Shown here one piece after another: positions 1 to 10,896 of a DNA stretch of 64,000 nt. The stretch lies in contig JBMFIG010000005.1 in NCBI GenBank assembly GCA_049976425.1, forward strand, positions 1-64,000, in the 5' to 3' direction. Position 1 is the first letter of the stretch. Each line of letters opens with the position of its first letter. The position numbers and the translations under genes are program-made. Source of the stretch: Thermoproteus sp. GTDB taxonomy: Archaea > Thermoproteota > Thermoprotei > Thermoproteales > Thermoproteaceae. The notes beneath the pieces are model-generated. The model saw only the letters and a program-made list of their open reading frames with translations. It did not search any database and had not been told where the DNA came from.

Positions 1-294
1 GATACGGGAAGCGGCGAGGACGACATGGCCTATCTGGAGGCGGCCGTCGATATAGAGGTCGAGGGGAGAAGACGCACGGCGAATGTGCTGGTCAACCCGC
101 ATATAGACGAGGTGCTGATAAGCGACTATCTAGCCGGCGAGCTCGGGATAGTGATACTCGATCCCAGGAGGGGGCTCTGTTCGCCGGAGAGGATCTGGCC
201 AGGGAGTCTGTTGAGCCCCAGCGGTGGCGTTAGGCCGAGGCGGGCCGCGCGCCGATCTTGGAACTCAGCCGGAGGCGGCGGGGCAAAGCTTTAA
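1..294 (+). pseudogene. 3' part of a retropepsin-like (clan AA aspartyl protease-like) Thermoproteales family gene, apparently frameshifted near 178-180
   Basis: Frame is open from position 1 and carries the motif VLVNPHIDEVLISDYLAGELGIVILDPRRGL. The expected family ending (FAGEDLARESVEPQRWR*, stop 231-233) is in another frame starting at 180. Confidence 0.45.
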
Positions 295-297
295 AAC
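290..297 (+). promoter_or_regulatory. TATA box of tRNA-Val
   Basis: TTTAAAA about 20-25 nt upstream of the tRNA 5' end at 317. Confidence 0.6.
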
Positions 298-316
298 CGC
301 TAGAAATATACGTAAA

Positions 317-1503
<1,187 letters not shown>

Positions 1504-1551
1504 CGCAAGGCGGGGCGCAAGCCCCTTTTAAAGTTTAGCAAAAGCGGTCGG

Positions 1552-2910
1552 TTACTTGGAGAGCTTCTCCAGCTCTATCTGGGAAGCCCTCGGCCCCAGT
1601 ACCCCTACGTCGAGAAACACGGCCACCGCCATGGCGAAGACCACAGCGTACATGGCGAAGGCGCCGTAGGCCTTTAGCACCAGCGGGAGGAGCGACAGCC
1701 AGACGTAGTTCCCCAGGCGGCTTATGGAGTACTGGACGCCGTCGGCGAACGCCCTTATCCTCGTGGGGTACAGCTCGGCGCCGTATTGGTGGAAGGCGTT
1801 GGAGAATATATTGGCGAGGAGCCCGAATATGAAGCCCGTGGCCACTACCTGCACCGGCGTGGTGGAGTAGCCGAACGCCAGCCCGTCTACGCCCATCAAC
1901 AACGCTATAAGGGCTACCTGCCACTTCCTGTCGAACTTGACGCTGTCTATTACGAATATCGATATCAGCGACGACAAGAAATACGACGTGTATATCAACA
2001 CCGAGTACTCGAGGGTCCTCACGAGGGTGAAGCCCTTGCTGTACAGCACGGCCGGGGCCAAGCTCGCGAAGCCGTAGTACACGCCGGTCTGCAAGAACTC
2101 GAATATCCACAGCATTATGGTCCTGCGCCTGTACTCCTCGCTGAAGAGCTCGCCGAGAGGCACCCTCTCAGCCCTCACTACAGGCATCGGGACCGGCGGC
2201 GGTAGCGGGCCCTTCTCCCTAACGGCCACCTCCTCCATCTTGGCCACGATCCTCTCGGCCTCCGCGGACCTGCCCTTGACCTCAAGCCAACGGGGGGACT
2301 CGGGGATCAAGAAGCGGAACGGCAAGAACAGCAATATGCCGAGCCCGCCTATTATGAACATCCACTGCCACCCCTGGAGCCCCAGATACGTGCGGGGGAC
2401 CAGATAGTAGGCCAGCAAGGCCGTCGCCAGAGGCGCGGTCCAGCTTATCGTGTACGCAGTAGCCAGCGCCCTCCCCCTGATCTTCGCCGGGAAGAACTCC
2501 GAGACCATTATATCGAGGACTATCAAGGCCTCGGGCCCCACGCCCAGCCCCGCGACGAACCTCAACGCGCCGAGGACCTCAGGGCTCGGCGCAAACGGCG
2601 TGGCGAGGTAGGCTAGGCTCATGAGGGCTAGGTTGAAGAGAAGAGCCGTCTTTCTGCCCCACAGATCCCCTATAAGCGTGAAGACTATGGCGCCTACAAA
2701 CGCTCCGAGGAACAGCAGAGCGATTACATAGTATATAGATGCCGCAAGGGAGATATTGTAGTACTGCGACACCGGGACCGTCACGAAGCCGCCTACGAAT
2801 AGGTCGTAGAGCTCGAAGAACTCGCCGATCGCTAGTAATATAATCAAGCGCGTATGGAACGATGTCCATGGGATTCTTTCCAACCGACCGGCTATAGTCG
2901 ACTGCTCCAT
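1552..2910 (-). CDS. MFS transporter, sugar/organic acid porter family
   Basis: 452 aa with motifs GDLWGRK, EFFPAKIRG, PESPRWL and ELYPTRIR. Confidence 0.92.
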   Translation of the reverse strand: MEQSTIAGRLERIPWTSFHTRLIILLAIGEFFELYDLFVGGFVTVPVSQYYNISLAASIYYVIALLFLGAFVGAIVFTLIGDLWGRKTALLFNLALMSLAYLATPFAPSPEVLGALRFVAGLGVGPEALIVLDIMVSEFFPAKIRGRALATAYTISWTAPLATALLAYYLVPRTYLGLQGWQWMFIIGGLGILLFLPFRFLIPESPRWLEVKGRSAEAERIVAKMEEVAVREKGPLPPPVPMPVVRAERVPLGELFSEEYRRRTIMLWIFEFLQTGVYYGFASLAPAVLYSKGFTLVRTLEYSVLIYTSYFLSSLISIFVIDSVKFDRKWQVALIALLMGVDGLAFGYSTTPVQVVATGFIFGLLANIFSNAFHQYGAELYPTRIRAFADGVQYSISRLGNYVWLSLLPLVLKAYGAFAMYAVVFAMAVAVFLDVGVLGPRASQIELEKLSK

Positions 2911-3013
2911 TCCCCGCGTTATTTAGGCTATATATTTACATTGCTGTGAATATGTTCGGGTAAGTACACATTAAGTTAGCACAAAATATCACGGGCGGGG
3001 TCTGCGGCGGCTC

Positions 3014-3727
3014 CTACGCGCCTAGCTCTCCGAGGAGTCTGCTAGTGATTTCTAGGAGCTTTTTGTACCGTTCAACCAGACCGACGACATCCCCGGTTCT
3101 CCTGTAATATTCCTTATCCAGATGTTCGCCTCCGCACAACACTCTGAACGTGTCTCCGGATATCTCGTCGACTAGTACCAACTCGCCGTCTATCCGCCCG
3201 AACTCGAACTTGACGTCGAGCAAGTCGCAGTCCGCCTTTCTGTACAGCTCGCGCAACGCCGTTGCTGCCTTGAGGGCCATCCGCCTCGCTACGTCGAGCT
3301 CGGCCTCGGTGGCCAGGCCGGCCTCAACCACGTCGTCCTCGAGCAGTAGGGGGTCGTGAAGTCTGTCGTCTTTTAGATGGAACTCCACTATAGGTCTTCT
3401 GAACTCGGCCAGCGGCCTCACGTGGGGCATCCTCTTCAGAAAACTGCCGTAGGCCTTGTACCTGACGATGATCTCTAGGGGCAGGACCCGCGCAGGCCTC
3501 ACCAACATGGATCGCGGGGGGACGAACTCGATCAGATGGGTAGGGACGCCGGCGGCCTCGATATATTTTAACAACAACGACGAGAGCTCCGCGGCGAGAA
3601 TTCCCTTGCCCGGCGCGGCGTCCCGCCTAGCCCCATCCCCCGCCGTTACCTCGTCCTTGAATTCCATGATCAGCCCCCGATCGGCTCTGTAGATCCTCTT
3701 GGCCTTCCCCTCGTAGATAAGCTCCAT
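3014..3727 (-). CDS. purC: SAICAR synthetase
   Basis: Motifs LIYEGKAKRIY, FKDEVTAGDG, DVKFEFG, DEISGDTFR and LDKEYYR. Confidence 0.96.
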   Translation of the reverse strand: MELIYEGKAKRIYRADRGLIMEFKDEVTAGDGARRDAAPGKGILAAELSSLLLKYIEAAGVPTHLIEFVPPRSMLVRPARVLPLEIIVRYKAYGSFLKRMPHVRPLAEFRRPIVEFHLKDDRLHDPLLLEDDVVEAGLATEAELDVARRMALKAATALRELYRKADCDLLDVKFEFGRIDGELVLVDEISGDTFRVLCGGEHLDKEYYRRTGDVVGLVERYKKLLEITSRLLGELGA

Positions 3728-3838
3728 GGCATGTTTAGTTCCTATTTTTAAGTATTAACTTAAAGGTCTCCGTAGCCATCGAAAGGAATATCGGAGGTGT
3801 TATAAAGTAGATATTTAAATAGGGTATAACAAGGCCGT

Positions 3839-5260
3839 ATGGACAGAGCCATGGTCGTAGGAGATGGCGCGAGGGAGCACGCGATAGCTTGGGCCCTCGC
3901 CAAGAGCGGGGCGAGGGTCTACGCCGCCATCGGCCATCCCAACCCCGGCATATTGGACGTGGCGAGGAGAACTGGGGGATCCTACAAGATCGTGCCGCCG
4001 ACCAGCCCCCGCGACGTGGTTAAGGCGGCCGAGGAGTTCTCGCCGGATCTCGTGGTAATAGGGCCTGAGGAGCCTCTATTCGCGGGGGTCTCCGACGCCT
4101 TGAGGGATCGCGGATTCCTAACCTTCGGCGCATCCTCTAAGGCGGCGATTATAGAGATGAGGAAGGACGTGGCGAGATACCTCCAGTGGAAGTACTCCAT
4201 ACCGGGGAGGTTGCGCTACAAGGTCTTCAAGTCCGCCGAGGAGGCATACGCCTTCGCGAAAGCTCTCGGCTCGGTTGCGGTGAAGCCCATAAGGCAAGCG
4301 GGCGGGAAGGGCGTCAGGGTGATATACGGCGAGGCCAAATATCTAGACGGCGCCTTCGACCCGATAGTCTTGAAGGGGGCGGAGGACGCCAAGGCCCAGC
4401 TCGCCGGATACGGAGATGTCGAGGCGGCTGTGCTTGTCGAGGAGGCCGTGTGGGGCGTCGAGTACACGGTACAGACTTTGACGGACGGCGACGCGGTCTT
4501 TCCGTTCCCGCCGGTGCAGGACAACCCCCACGCCTACGAGTTGGGGCTGGGGCCTGAATGCGGCGGTATGGGGACTATCTCGCCTACGCCGTTCTTGACC
4601 GAACAGGAAATCTCGGAGTCCGTGGAGGCCGTCAAGGCCACGGCGATGGCCGTGGAGAGAGAGTTCGGGGTCCGATACGTAGGCGCCTTGACCGGCCAAA
4701 TGATGCTCACGGCAAGAGGGCCCGTGATCATAGAGTACTACAGCAGATTGGGCGATCCGGAGGCCCTCAACGCCTTGTTCCTCTACGAGGGGAACGCCCT
4801 CGAGCTGTTCGCGCTCGCCGCGGAGAGGAAGCTACATAAGGCTAAGGCCGAGTTTAGGGGCGGACATACGGTCGTCAAGGCGGTGGCCCCTCTGGGATAT
4901 CCATTAAGGCGGGAGGTCGCGAGAGGCAGAAGGTTCTGGATAGACTGGAGCAGCGCGGATCAGAATTGCCTATTCTTCTTCGGCTCCGCTGTGGAGAGCC
5001 CGGCCGGGGGATACGAGACTTTGGGATCCCGCGCGGTCGAGGTTCTCGCCTACGGCTCCACGCCGCGTGAGGCCTATGAGAGGGCCGAGCGGTGTGTGGC
5101 GGCTGTAAAGGGGGACGGGCTCTTCTACAGACGGGATATAGGATCCCCGGAGTATATGGACGCCATGAGCAAGAAGGCAGAGCTCGTGAGGCAGGTATAC
5201 CTCTGGCGTAGATCGCGGGGGCTAGACGGCGAGAGCCGTATCTGGGAGCCCGAGATTTAG
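3839..5260 (+). CDS. purD: Phosphoribosylamine-glycine ligase
   Basis: Motifs VVGDGAREHAIA, VIGPEEPL, AGGKGV, GPECGGMG and RLGDPE. Confidence 0.95.
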   Translation: MDRAMVVGDGAREHAIAWALAKSGARVYAAIGHPNPGILDVARRTGGSYKIVPPTSPRDVVKAAEEFSPDLVVIGPEEPLFAGVSDALRDRGFLTFGASSKAAIIEMRKDVARYLQWKYSIPGRLRYKVFKSAEEAYAFAKALGSVAVKPIRQAGGKGVRVIYGEAKYLDGAFDPIVLKGAEDAKAQLAGYGDVEAAVLVEEAVWGVEYTVQTLTDGDAVFPFPPVQDNPHAYELGLGPECGGMGTISPTPFLTEQEISESVEAVKATAMAVEREFGVRYVGALTGQMMLTARGPVIIEYYSRLGDPEALNALFLYEGNALELFALAAERKLHKAKAEFRGGHTVVKAVAPLGYPLRREVARGRRFWIDWSSADQNCLFFFGSAVESPAGGYETLGSRAVEVLAYGSTPREAYERAERCVAAVKGDGLFYRRDIGSPEYMDAMSKKAELVRQVYLWRRSRGLDGESRIWEPEI

Positions 5261-5262
5261 TC

Positions 5263-6402
5263 ATGTCGGCCGGCCTCCTCGCCATATATAGCTTCGGCGG
5301 TAGCTTGGACCTCTATCCGCTCCTCTACTACGGCTTGAAGGCCATGGCCAACAGAGGCGACGTCGCGATCGCATACGTGCACGACGGCGGCGACGTTAGA
5401 AAGATCGAGCTGGATCTCGCCAAGGAGGATGAGAAACGCCGTGCAACAGGTAGGGCGGCCGTGGGCTGTGTACACGTCGAGGATTGTTGTAGAGAGATGG
5501 GAGAATATATTGTATGTAGCTTCGGGCCTGAGCGCGTTGCGCCAAGCCAGAGGCCCGACAAGACGGCCTACGTGGCTCTCTCCAGATCCGGCGATATCTA
5601 TGCGTACAGGCCGCCGAGGCTTTGGCATATGGCCGTAGGCGCCTACGGCTTCGACTTCGCGATAGTAGCCACCGAGACCGCGGCAGTCGAGGTCCTAGGC
5701 GGCGAGGTCAGAAGGAGCTTGAAGGGCGGCGAGCTGTTGAGGATTAACGAGCTCGGCGTGGAGTCCTCGGGCGGCGGCGACGTGGAGTCCGTATGCGCGA
5801 TGGAGTACATATATGTGGCCCGCCCCGACAGCAGGATAGACGGGAGGGAGGTCGCGGAGGCGAGGGCGGAGCTGGCCAAGAGGCTGGCCAAGAAAGCGGC
5901 CTTCCCCGCCGACGTCGTCGTGGGGGTGCCCGAGACTGGCGTGTACTATGCGGCGTATCTGGCTTCCGAGCTCGGCAAGGGGTATAGGCCCGCCTTCGTG
6001 GCCACGGCCAGAGGCAGAAGCGCCTTGTTGGAGGAGATAGGGGAGAGGATCGCCGTGATACAGCTCAAGGCGAATGTGGTCGAGAGCTCGGTGAAGGGGA
6101 TGAGGGTGCTCGTCGTCGACGACAGCATAATCAGCGGAGTTACCCTCAGACAGATAGCACAACAGCTCCGCGGCCGGGCAGGCGCCAGGGAGGTCTACGC
6201 CGCCATCGCGTCTCCGCCTCTCGTGAGCCGGTGCCCTTACGGTGTCGTCATGCCGCAGGAAGGCCGTATGATTTTCAGGAAATTGGCTAGCGACGAGGTG
6301 GCGAGGGCCTTAGAGCTCGACGGCTTGGCGTATCTAGACGTAGCGGATCTGAAGGAGGCTATAAAGACGCCGATATGTACCCGTTGTTTTTTAAGTAAAT
6401 AG
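5263..6402 (+). CDS. PurF-like amidophosphoribosyltransferase paralog lacking the N-terminal catalytic Cys
   Basis: Motifs CAMEYIYVARPDS, VVGVPETG, PRT loop VLVVDDSIISGVT, ASPP..CPYG and CTRC. The N-terminus is MSAGLL rather than MCG. Confidence 0.85.
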   Translation: MSAGLLAIYSFGGSLDLYPLLYYGLKAMANRGDVAIAYVHDGGDVRKIELDLAKEDEKRRATGRAAVGCVHVEDCCREMGEYIVCSFGPERVAPSQRPDKTAYVALSRSGDIYAYRPPRLWHMAVGAYGFDFAIVATETAAVEVLGGEVRRSLKGGELLRINELGVESSGGGDVESVCAMEYIYVARPDSRIDGREVAEARAELAKRLAKKAAFPADVVVGVPETGVYYAAYLASELGKGYRPAFVATARGRSALLEEIGERIAVIQLKANVVESSVKGMRVLVVDDSIISGVTLRQIAQQLRGRAGAREVYAAIASPPLVSRCPYGVVMPQEGRMIFRKLASDEVARALELDGLAYLDVADLKEAIKTPICTRCFLSK

Positions 6403-6465
6403 TTAAATATATCGCGCGAGGTATCGCCGACGATCGCAATATTTATTAAGTGAGTAAATAACAAC

Positions 6466-7290
6466 ATGAGGTTGGGGGTCTTGGCCTCGTGGCGCGGATC
6501 CAACTTCAAGGCGATTCTCGACCACATATCGCTCGGGGTTTTGAGAGGCGTCGAGCCGGCCGTCCTCATATATAGCGACGAGGGCGCTCCGGTGAGAGAG
6601 ATAGCCGCTAAATACGGCGTCGAGGCCGTGTTCGTCAAACATAGAGGGGCGTCCAGACAAGAGAGGGAGAGGGCGATGGCCGAAGTGCTGATGCGATATG
6701 GGGTCGAGACCGTGGCGTTGGCCGGATACGACTACGTGTTGAGCGGCCCCTTTATAGCTCAGTTCAAGACTGTCCTCAACATACACCCATCGCTTCTGCC
6801 GTTCGCCGGTGGGAAGGGCATGTACGGGATTAGGGTACATATGGAGGTTTTCAGAGCCGGCGTCAGGGTCACGGGTCCGACAGTCCACGTAGTAGACGAG
6901 TCGGTTGATGGAGGCCCCATAGTGGATCAATGGCCTGTATACATAGGCGATATATACTCTCTGCCGTTGAGCCGGGAGGAGAAGGTGCAGTTGATAGCAG
7001 ATAGAGTCCTACTGTTTGAGCACAGGCTCTACCCAAGGGTAATACAAGCTGTGGCCGACGGCTTGTTGGAGATAACCGAGGAGACAGTAAAGGCGCCTAG
7101 GGTAACGGAGGAAGGGGGCAGATTGAGGTTGGACGAAGTCGAGGTGGTTGTGAAGAGGGCCGTGTTGAGGATCGACGACGCCTGGCGCAGATCGTGGGAG
7201 GAAAGGCAGAGGGCGTACGTGGAGTTCCAGCTTAAGGAGTGGGCTGACAAGCCTCTAGACCTCATACTGCCGCCATGGTTACGTGGCTAA
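6466..7290 (+). CDS. purN: GAR formyltransferase (folate-dependent) with C-terminal extension
   Basis: Motifs GVLASWRGSNFKAI, LAGY, LNIHPSLLP and GPTVHVVDESVDGGPI. Confidence 0.93.
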   Translation: MRLGVLASWRGSNFKAILDHISLGVLRGVEPAVLIYSDEGAPVREIAAKYGVEAVFVKHRGASRQERERAMAEVLMRYGVETVALAGYDYVLSGPFIAQFKTVLNIHPSLLPFAGGKGMYGIRVHMEVFRAGVRVTGPTVHVVDESVDGGPIVDQWPVYIGDIYSLPLSREEKVQLIADRVLLFEHRLYPRVIQAVADGLLEITEETVKAPRVTEEGGRLRLDEVEVVVKRAVLRIDDAWRRSWEERQRAYVEFQLKEWADKPLDLILPPWLRG

Positions 7291-8207
7291 AGGGCGGAGA
7301 GCTACATAAGGAGGCTAAGGAGTGGGCCCGCGGCCAAGTCAAGAGGCTCGAGGAGCTCGGGATCACGCCGAAGCTCGCCGTGCTTCTACTCAACGACGAC
7401 CCGGTAGAGCTGGAGACGCAGATGAAGTACGTGTCGTTGAAGGCTAGAGACGTGAGGGATATCGGGGGCGAGGTGGAGATCTATGAGCTATACCGCCTTC
7501 CGCCTAGTGTAAGGACCAAGGAGGCGTTGAGGCTAATAGAGAGCTTGAACAGAAGGGACGACGTAACTGGCGTCCTGATACAGAAGCCGGTGCCGCCCTA
7601 TATAGACGAGAGGGCTCTCTTCGAGGCTCTGGCTCCCGAGAAGGACGTAGACGCTCTGACGCCCGAGAACAAGAAAAGGCTTCTGGCAGGCTTCGATCTA
7701 GACAACGACGTCCTCCCCTGCACCCCAGCGGGTATATTGGAGTTGTTGAGGCTTTACGGGATCGGCGTCAGAGGCAGAGACGTAGTGGTCGTGGGGAAGG
7801 GGGAGTTGGTGGGCAAGCCCCTATCCGTCATGTTGATGGAGCTAGACGCGACCGTGACGGTGCTCCACGCGTTGTCTAAGGAGCGGATCCCCTACATCGC
7901 GCGCGCAGATATAGTGGTATCGGCCGTCGGGAGGCCTCCCGAGCTCTACAAGGACAACCCCTGGAGGCTGACCGGCGATATGATAAAGGAAGGTGCCGTG
8001 GTCGTAGGCGTCGGCGGCAAGGTAGATCCCGATAGCGGAAAGTGGTATTTCGACGTAGACGAGCGGTCAGTCGCCGAGCGGGCATCCTACCTAACGCCTA
8101 ACATAGGCGGCGTCGGCCTCGCCACTAGGGCGAGGCTCCTCAAGAACCTCATAAGGACGAGCTACATGGTGGCTAGATCCACCGCCTCGACGAGGTTGTT
8201 GACATGA
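7275..8207 (+). CDS. folD: Methylene-THF dehydrogenase/cyclohydrolase
   Basis: Motifs YVSLK, GVLIQKP, PEKDVD, PCTPAGI, VVGKGELVGKPL and TPNIGGVG. Confidence 0.92.
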   Translation: MVTWLKGGELHKEAKEWARGQVKRLEELGITPKLAVLLLNDDPVELETQMKYVSLKARDVRDIGGEVEIYELYRLPPSVRTKEALRLIESLNRRDDVTGVLIQKPVPPYIDERALFEALAPEKDVDALTPENKKRLLAGFDLDNDVLPCTPAGILELLRLYGIGVRGRDVVVVGKGELVGKPLSVMLMELDATVTVLHALSKERIPYIARADIVVSAVGRPPELYKDNPWRLTGDMIKEGAVVVGVGGKVDPDSGKWYFDVDERSVAERASYLTPNIGGVGLATRARLLKNLIRTSYMVARSTASTRLLT

Positions 8208-9133
8208 GGTATAAGGATGTCGGCGTCGACCTAGAGAAGCAGAGAGGCGTCCACAAGGCCGCCGGAGAGCTCCTCGGAGGATCGGCAGGCAGTTACGTGA
8301 GGTGGATAAACCTCGGGAGCGTCGAGGCGGCCCTCCACACAGACGGCGTGGGGACCAAGACCTTGTGGCTCTTGGAGGCCGGCAAGCTCGAGATCGCCGG
8401 ATGGGATTGCGTGATGGTCAACGTCAACGATGTCGTGTGCGACGGCTTCAGGGCGAAGGCCTTGACGGACTACATAAGCCTAGCGCCGGGGCTCGAGGAA
8501 GACGCCGGGGAGGTGTTGAGGGGAATCGCCGATGCCGCGGGTAGGCTCGGGATAGAGGTGCTCGGCGGCGAGACCGCAATAATGCCGGACGTCGTCAACG
8601 GACTCGACGTCTCGTGCACGGTGTTGGCCGTGAGGGAGGCGCGCCCCGGCCGAGTCTCCCCCGGCGATTACATAATCGGCCTCGAGTCGACGGGGCCTCA
8701 CGCAAACGGCTACAGCTTATTGCGCAAGATATTCAAGCTCGACGAAAGGGTATGTGGAGGGCGTGTAGCCGACATATTCCTTAGACCTGTGGCGGACTAC
8801 ACGCCGGTTTTGCAGATGATGAGGGAAGGGCTGGTCAAGACGGCGGCGCACATAACCGGCGGCGGTTTCTCGAAACTTAAAAGGGCGCTAGGAGTCTACG
8901 GAGCCGATATAGAGCTGGGCGAAAGGCCTTGTTGGGCCGAGGAGATCGTAAGGCGCGGCGTGCCCCCCGACGAGCTGTATAGGGTCTTCAACGTGGGGAT
9001 AGGCATGGCGCTGATAACGGACGCTCCCGACGACGCGTTGAGGAGGGCCGAGGATTTCGGCATATCAGCAAGGGTTATAGGCAGGGTCAAGCCCCTAGCC
9101 GCCATTTCGGTCGACGGAGTGCTCGTCGAGTGA
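8204..9133 (+). CDS. purM: AIR synthetase
   Basis: Motifs [46 protein letters not shown] and FNVGIGM. Confidence 0.95.
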   Translation: MRYKDVGVDLEKQRGVHKAAGELLGGSAGSYVRWINLGSVEAALHTDGVGTKTLWLLEAGKLEIAGWDCVMVNVNDVVCDGFRAKALTDYISLAPGLEEDAGEVLRGIADAAGRLGIEVLGGETAIMPDVVNGLDVSCTVLAVREARPGRVSPGDYIIGLESTGPHANGYSLLRKIFKLDERVCGGRVADIFLRPVADYTPVLQMMREGLVKTAAHITGGGFSKLKRALGVYGADIELGERPCWAEEIVRRGVPPDELYRVFNVGIGMALITDAPDDALRRAEDFGISARVIGRVKPLAAISVDGVLVE

Positions 9134-9191
9134 GTACTGGATATTATCGTCGCGCCGGCGGGGCCTTTTTAGCTGGCCTTTTCCTGAATAC

Positions 9192-9671
9192 ATGAGGGTT
9201 GCGGTTATCATGGGATCCATCAACGATCTGGAGGTTATGAAGGAGGCGTTGGAGGTCCTCGAGACGTTGGGGATACCATACGAGGCGAGAGTGGTCAGCG
9301 CCCATAGGACTGCGGATTTCATGTATCAATTCGCCAAAGAGGCTGAAGGGCGTTTCGATGTGATAATCGCAGGCGCCGGCGGCGCCGCCCATCTGCCAGG
9401 CATGACGGCGTCGTTGACGCCCCTCCCGGTCATTGGCGTGCCGATCCCCACGCGCCACCTCGGCGGCCTCGACTCGCTCCTCTCCATAGTCCAGATGCCC
9501 CGTGGGACTCCTGTCGCCACTGTGACCATAGGCAACGCGGCCAACGCCGCATACCTCGCGGCGAGGATATTGGGCCTCAAGTACCCCGACATAAGGGAGA
9601 AGGTGAAGGAACATATGGCTAAGATGAGGGAAGAGGTCCTCTCTAAATCCCTCATAAGGTCGTTTCCTTAA
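9192..9671 (+). CDS. purE: N5-CAIR mutase
   Basis: Motifs [23 protein letters not shown] and [14 protein letters not shown]. Confidence 0.97.
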   Translation: MRVAVIMGSINDLEVMKEALEVLETLGIPYEARVVSAHRTADFMYQFAKEAEGRFDVIIAGAGGAAHLPGMTASLTPLPVIGVPIPTRHLGGLDSLLSIVQMPRGTPVATVTIGNAANAAYLAARILGLKYPDIREKVKEHMAKMREEVLSKSLIRSFP

Positions 9672-9753
9672 TTGCTTAATACATACACCAATAGTCTTCG
9701 GAAGCCTCCGAGAATTTTTAAGTAAACTTTAAAAATGCTACCCAGTTAGGGAC

Positions 9754-10896
9754 ATGCGGTTGCTGGTGCTCGGCGGCGGCCAGCTGGCTTTGATGATGTG
9801 CTGGGAGGCCCAGAGGCTTCCAATACGCTTCTCGGTATATGATGGGGACAAGGCGGCCCCCGCCTTTAGGTGCGCCACACCTGCAGAGGATGTATTCTCC
9901 GAGATAGAGAGGAGCGACGCGGTTACGTTTGAGTTTGAAAACGTCGACATATCCGCGGCCGAATACGCCGAGAGGTTGGGCAAGCTAAGGCCGGCATTGC
10001 AATACCTCTTGGTCAAGAAGAGCAGAATAGAGGAGAGGAAGTTCTTCGAGTCGTTGGGCGTGCCTACAATTCCCTGGAGGCGCGCCAGAGGAGGCGAGGA
10101 GGCGTTAAAGATAGCGGAGGCTATGGGAAAAGCCATGGTCAAGGTGCCAACTGGGGGATATGACGGGAAGGGCCAGTACGTTTTCCCCCGCGAGGCCCGC
10201 GCCATAGCGGGATTAAGCGGCGATCTCCTTGTCGAGGAGTACGTAGACATAAGGAGGGAGTTCTCCCTAGTCGCTGTCAGATCCGAGGACGGCGATATCT
10301 ACTTCTATCCGCCGGCACAGAATTACTACGTGGACGGCATACTGGTCTGGAACTACGCGCCGACCTCAGCGCCTCAAGAGGCCTACGAATATACATCCAG
10401 GGTACTTGAGCGGTGGAGGTATGTAGGCGTCTTGGCTATCGAGTTTTTCGAGACGGCCGACGGCAGAATTCTGGCGAACGAGATAGCGCCGAGGGTCCAC
10501 AACACGGCGCATTGGACTCTCGAAACCGACGCGAGTCAGTTCGAGAACCACGTCAGGGCCGTCTTGGGGTTGCCCATAAGGAGGCTTGAGGCAACCAAGC
10601 CTGTCGCCATGGTGAACATACTCGGCGTAGCCTACGGCGAGTTGCCCGTAAGGGAGTTGGAGGCGTTGGGCAAGATCTATTGGTACGGGAAGGCAGAGGT
10701 GAGGCCTAGGAGGAAGATGGGCCACGTCAACTTAACCGGATCGACCGTCGGCGAGGTCGTCGATAAGGCGCGTAGAGCCCTCTCGATGATATACGGCAGA
10801 GACTTCCCGAAGAGGGTCATGAGATCTGTCAGCCGGGGTATCGATTATCTGGCAACCTCCCTCTCCGCCCAGCCCACGTCCACCTCCACGGGGTAG
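9754..10896 (+). CDS. purK: N5-CAIR synthase (ATP-grasp)
   Basis: Motifs LGGGQLALM, TFEFENV, GYDGKGQ, NEIAPRVHN, SQFENHVRA and RKMGHV. Confidence 0.95.
   Translation: MRLLVLGGGQLALMMCWEAQRLPIRFSVYDGDKAAPAFRCATPAEDVFSEIERSDAVTFEFENVDISAAEYAERLGKLRPALQYLLVKKSRIEERKFFESLGVPTIPWRRARGGEEALKIAEAMGKAMVKVPTGGYDGKGQYVFPREARAIAGLSGDLLVEEYVDIRREFSLVAVRSEDGDIYFYPPAQNYYVDGILVWNYAPTSAPQEAYEYTSRVLERWRYVGVLAIEFFETADGRILANEIAPRVHNTAHWTLETDASQFENHVRAVLGLPIRRLEATKPVAMVNILGVAYGELPVRELEALGKIYWYGKAEVRPRRKMGHVNLTGSTVGEVVDKARRALSMIYGRDFPKRVMRSVSRGIDYLATSLSAQPTSTSTG

Noticed and set aside
10845-10896. 52-nt convergent overlap of purK and purF
   Set aside because: Tail-to-tail overlaps are common throughout this compact genome.
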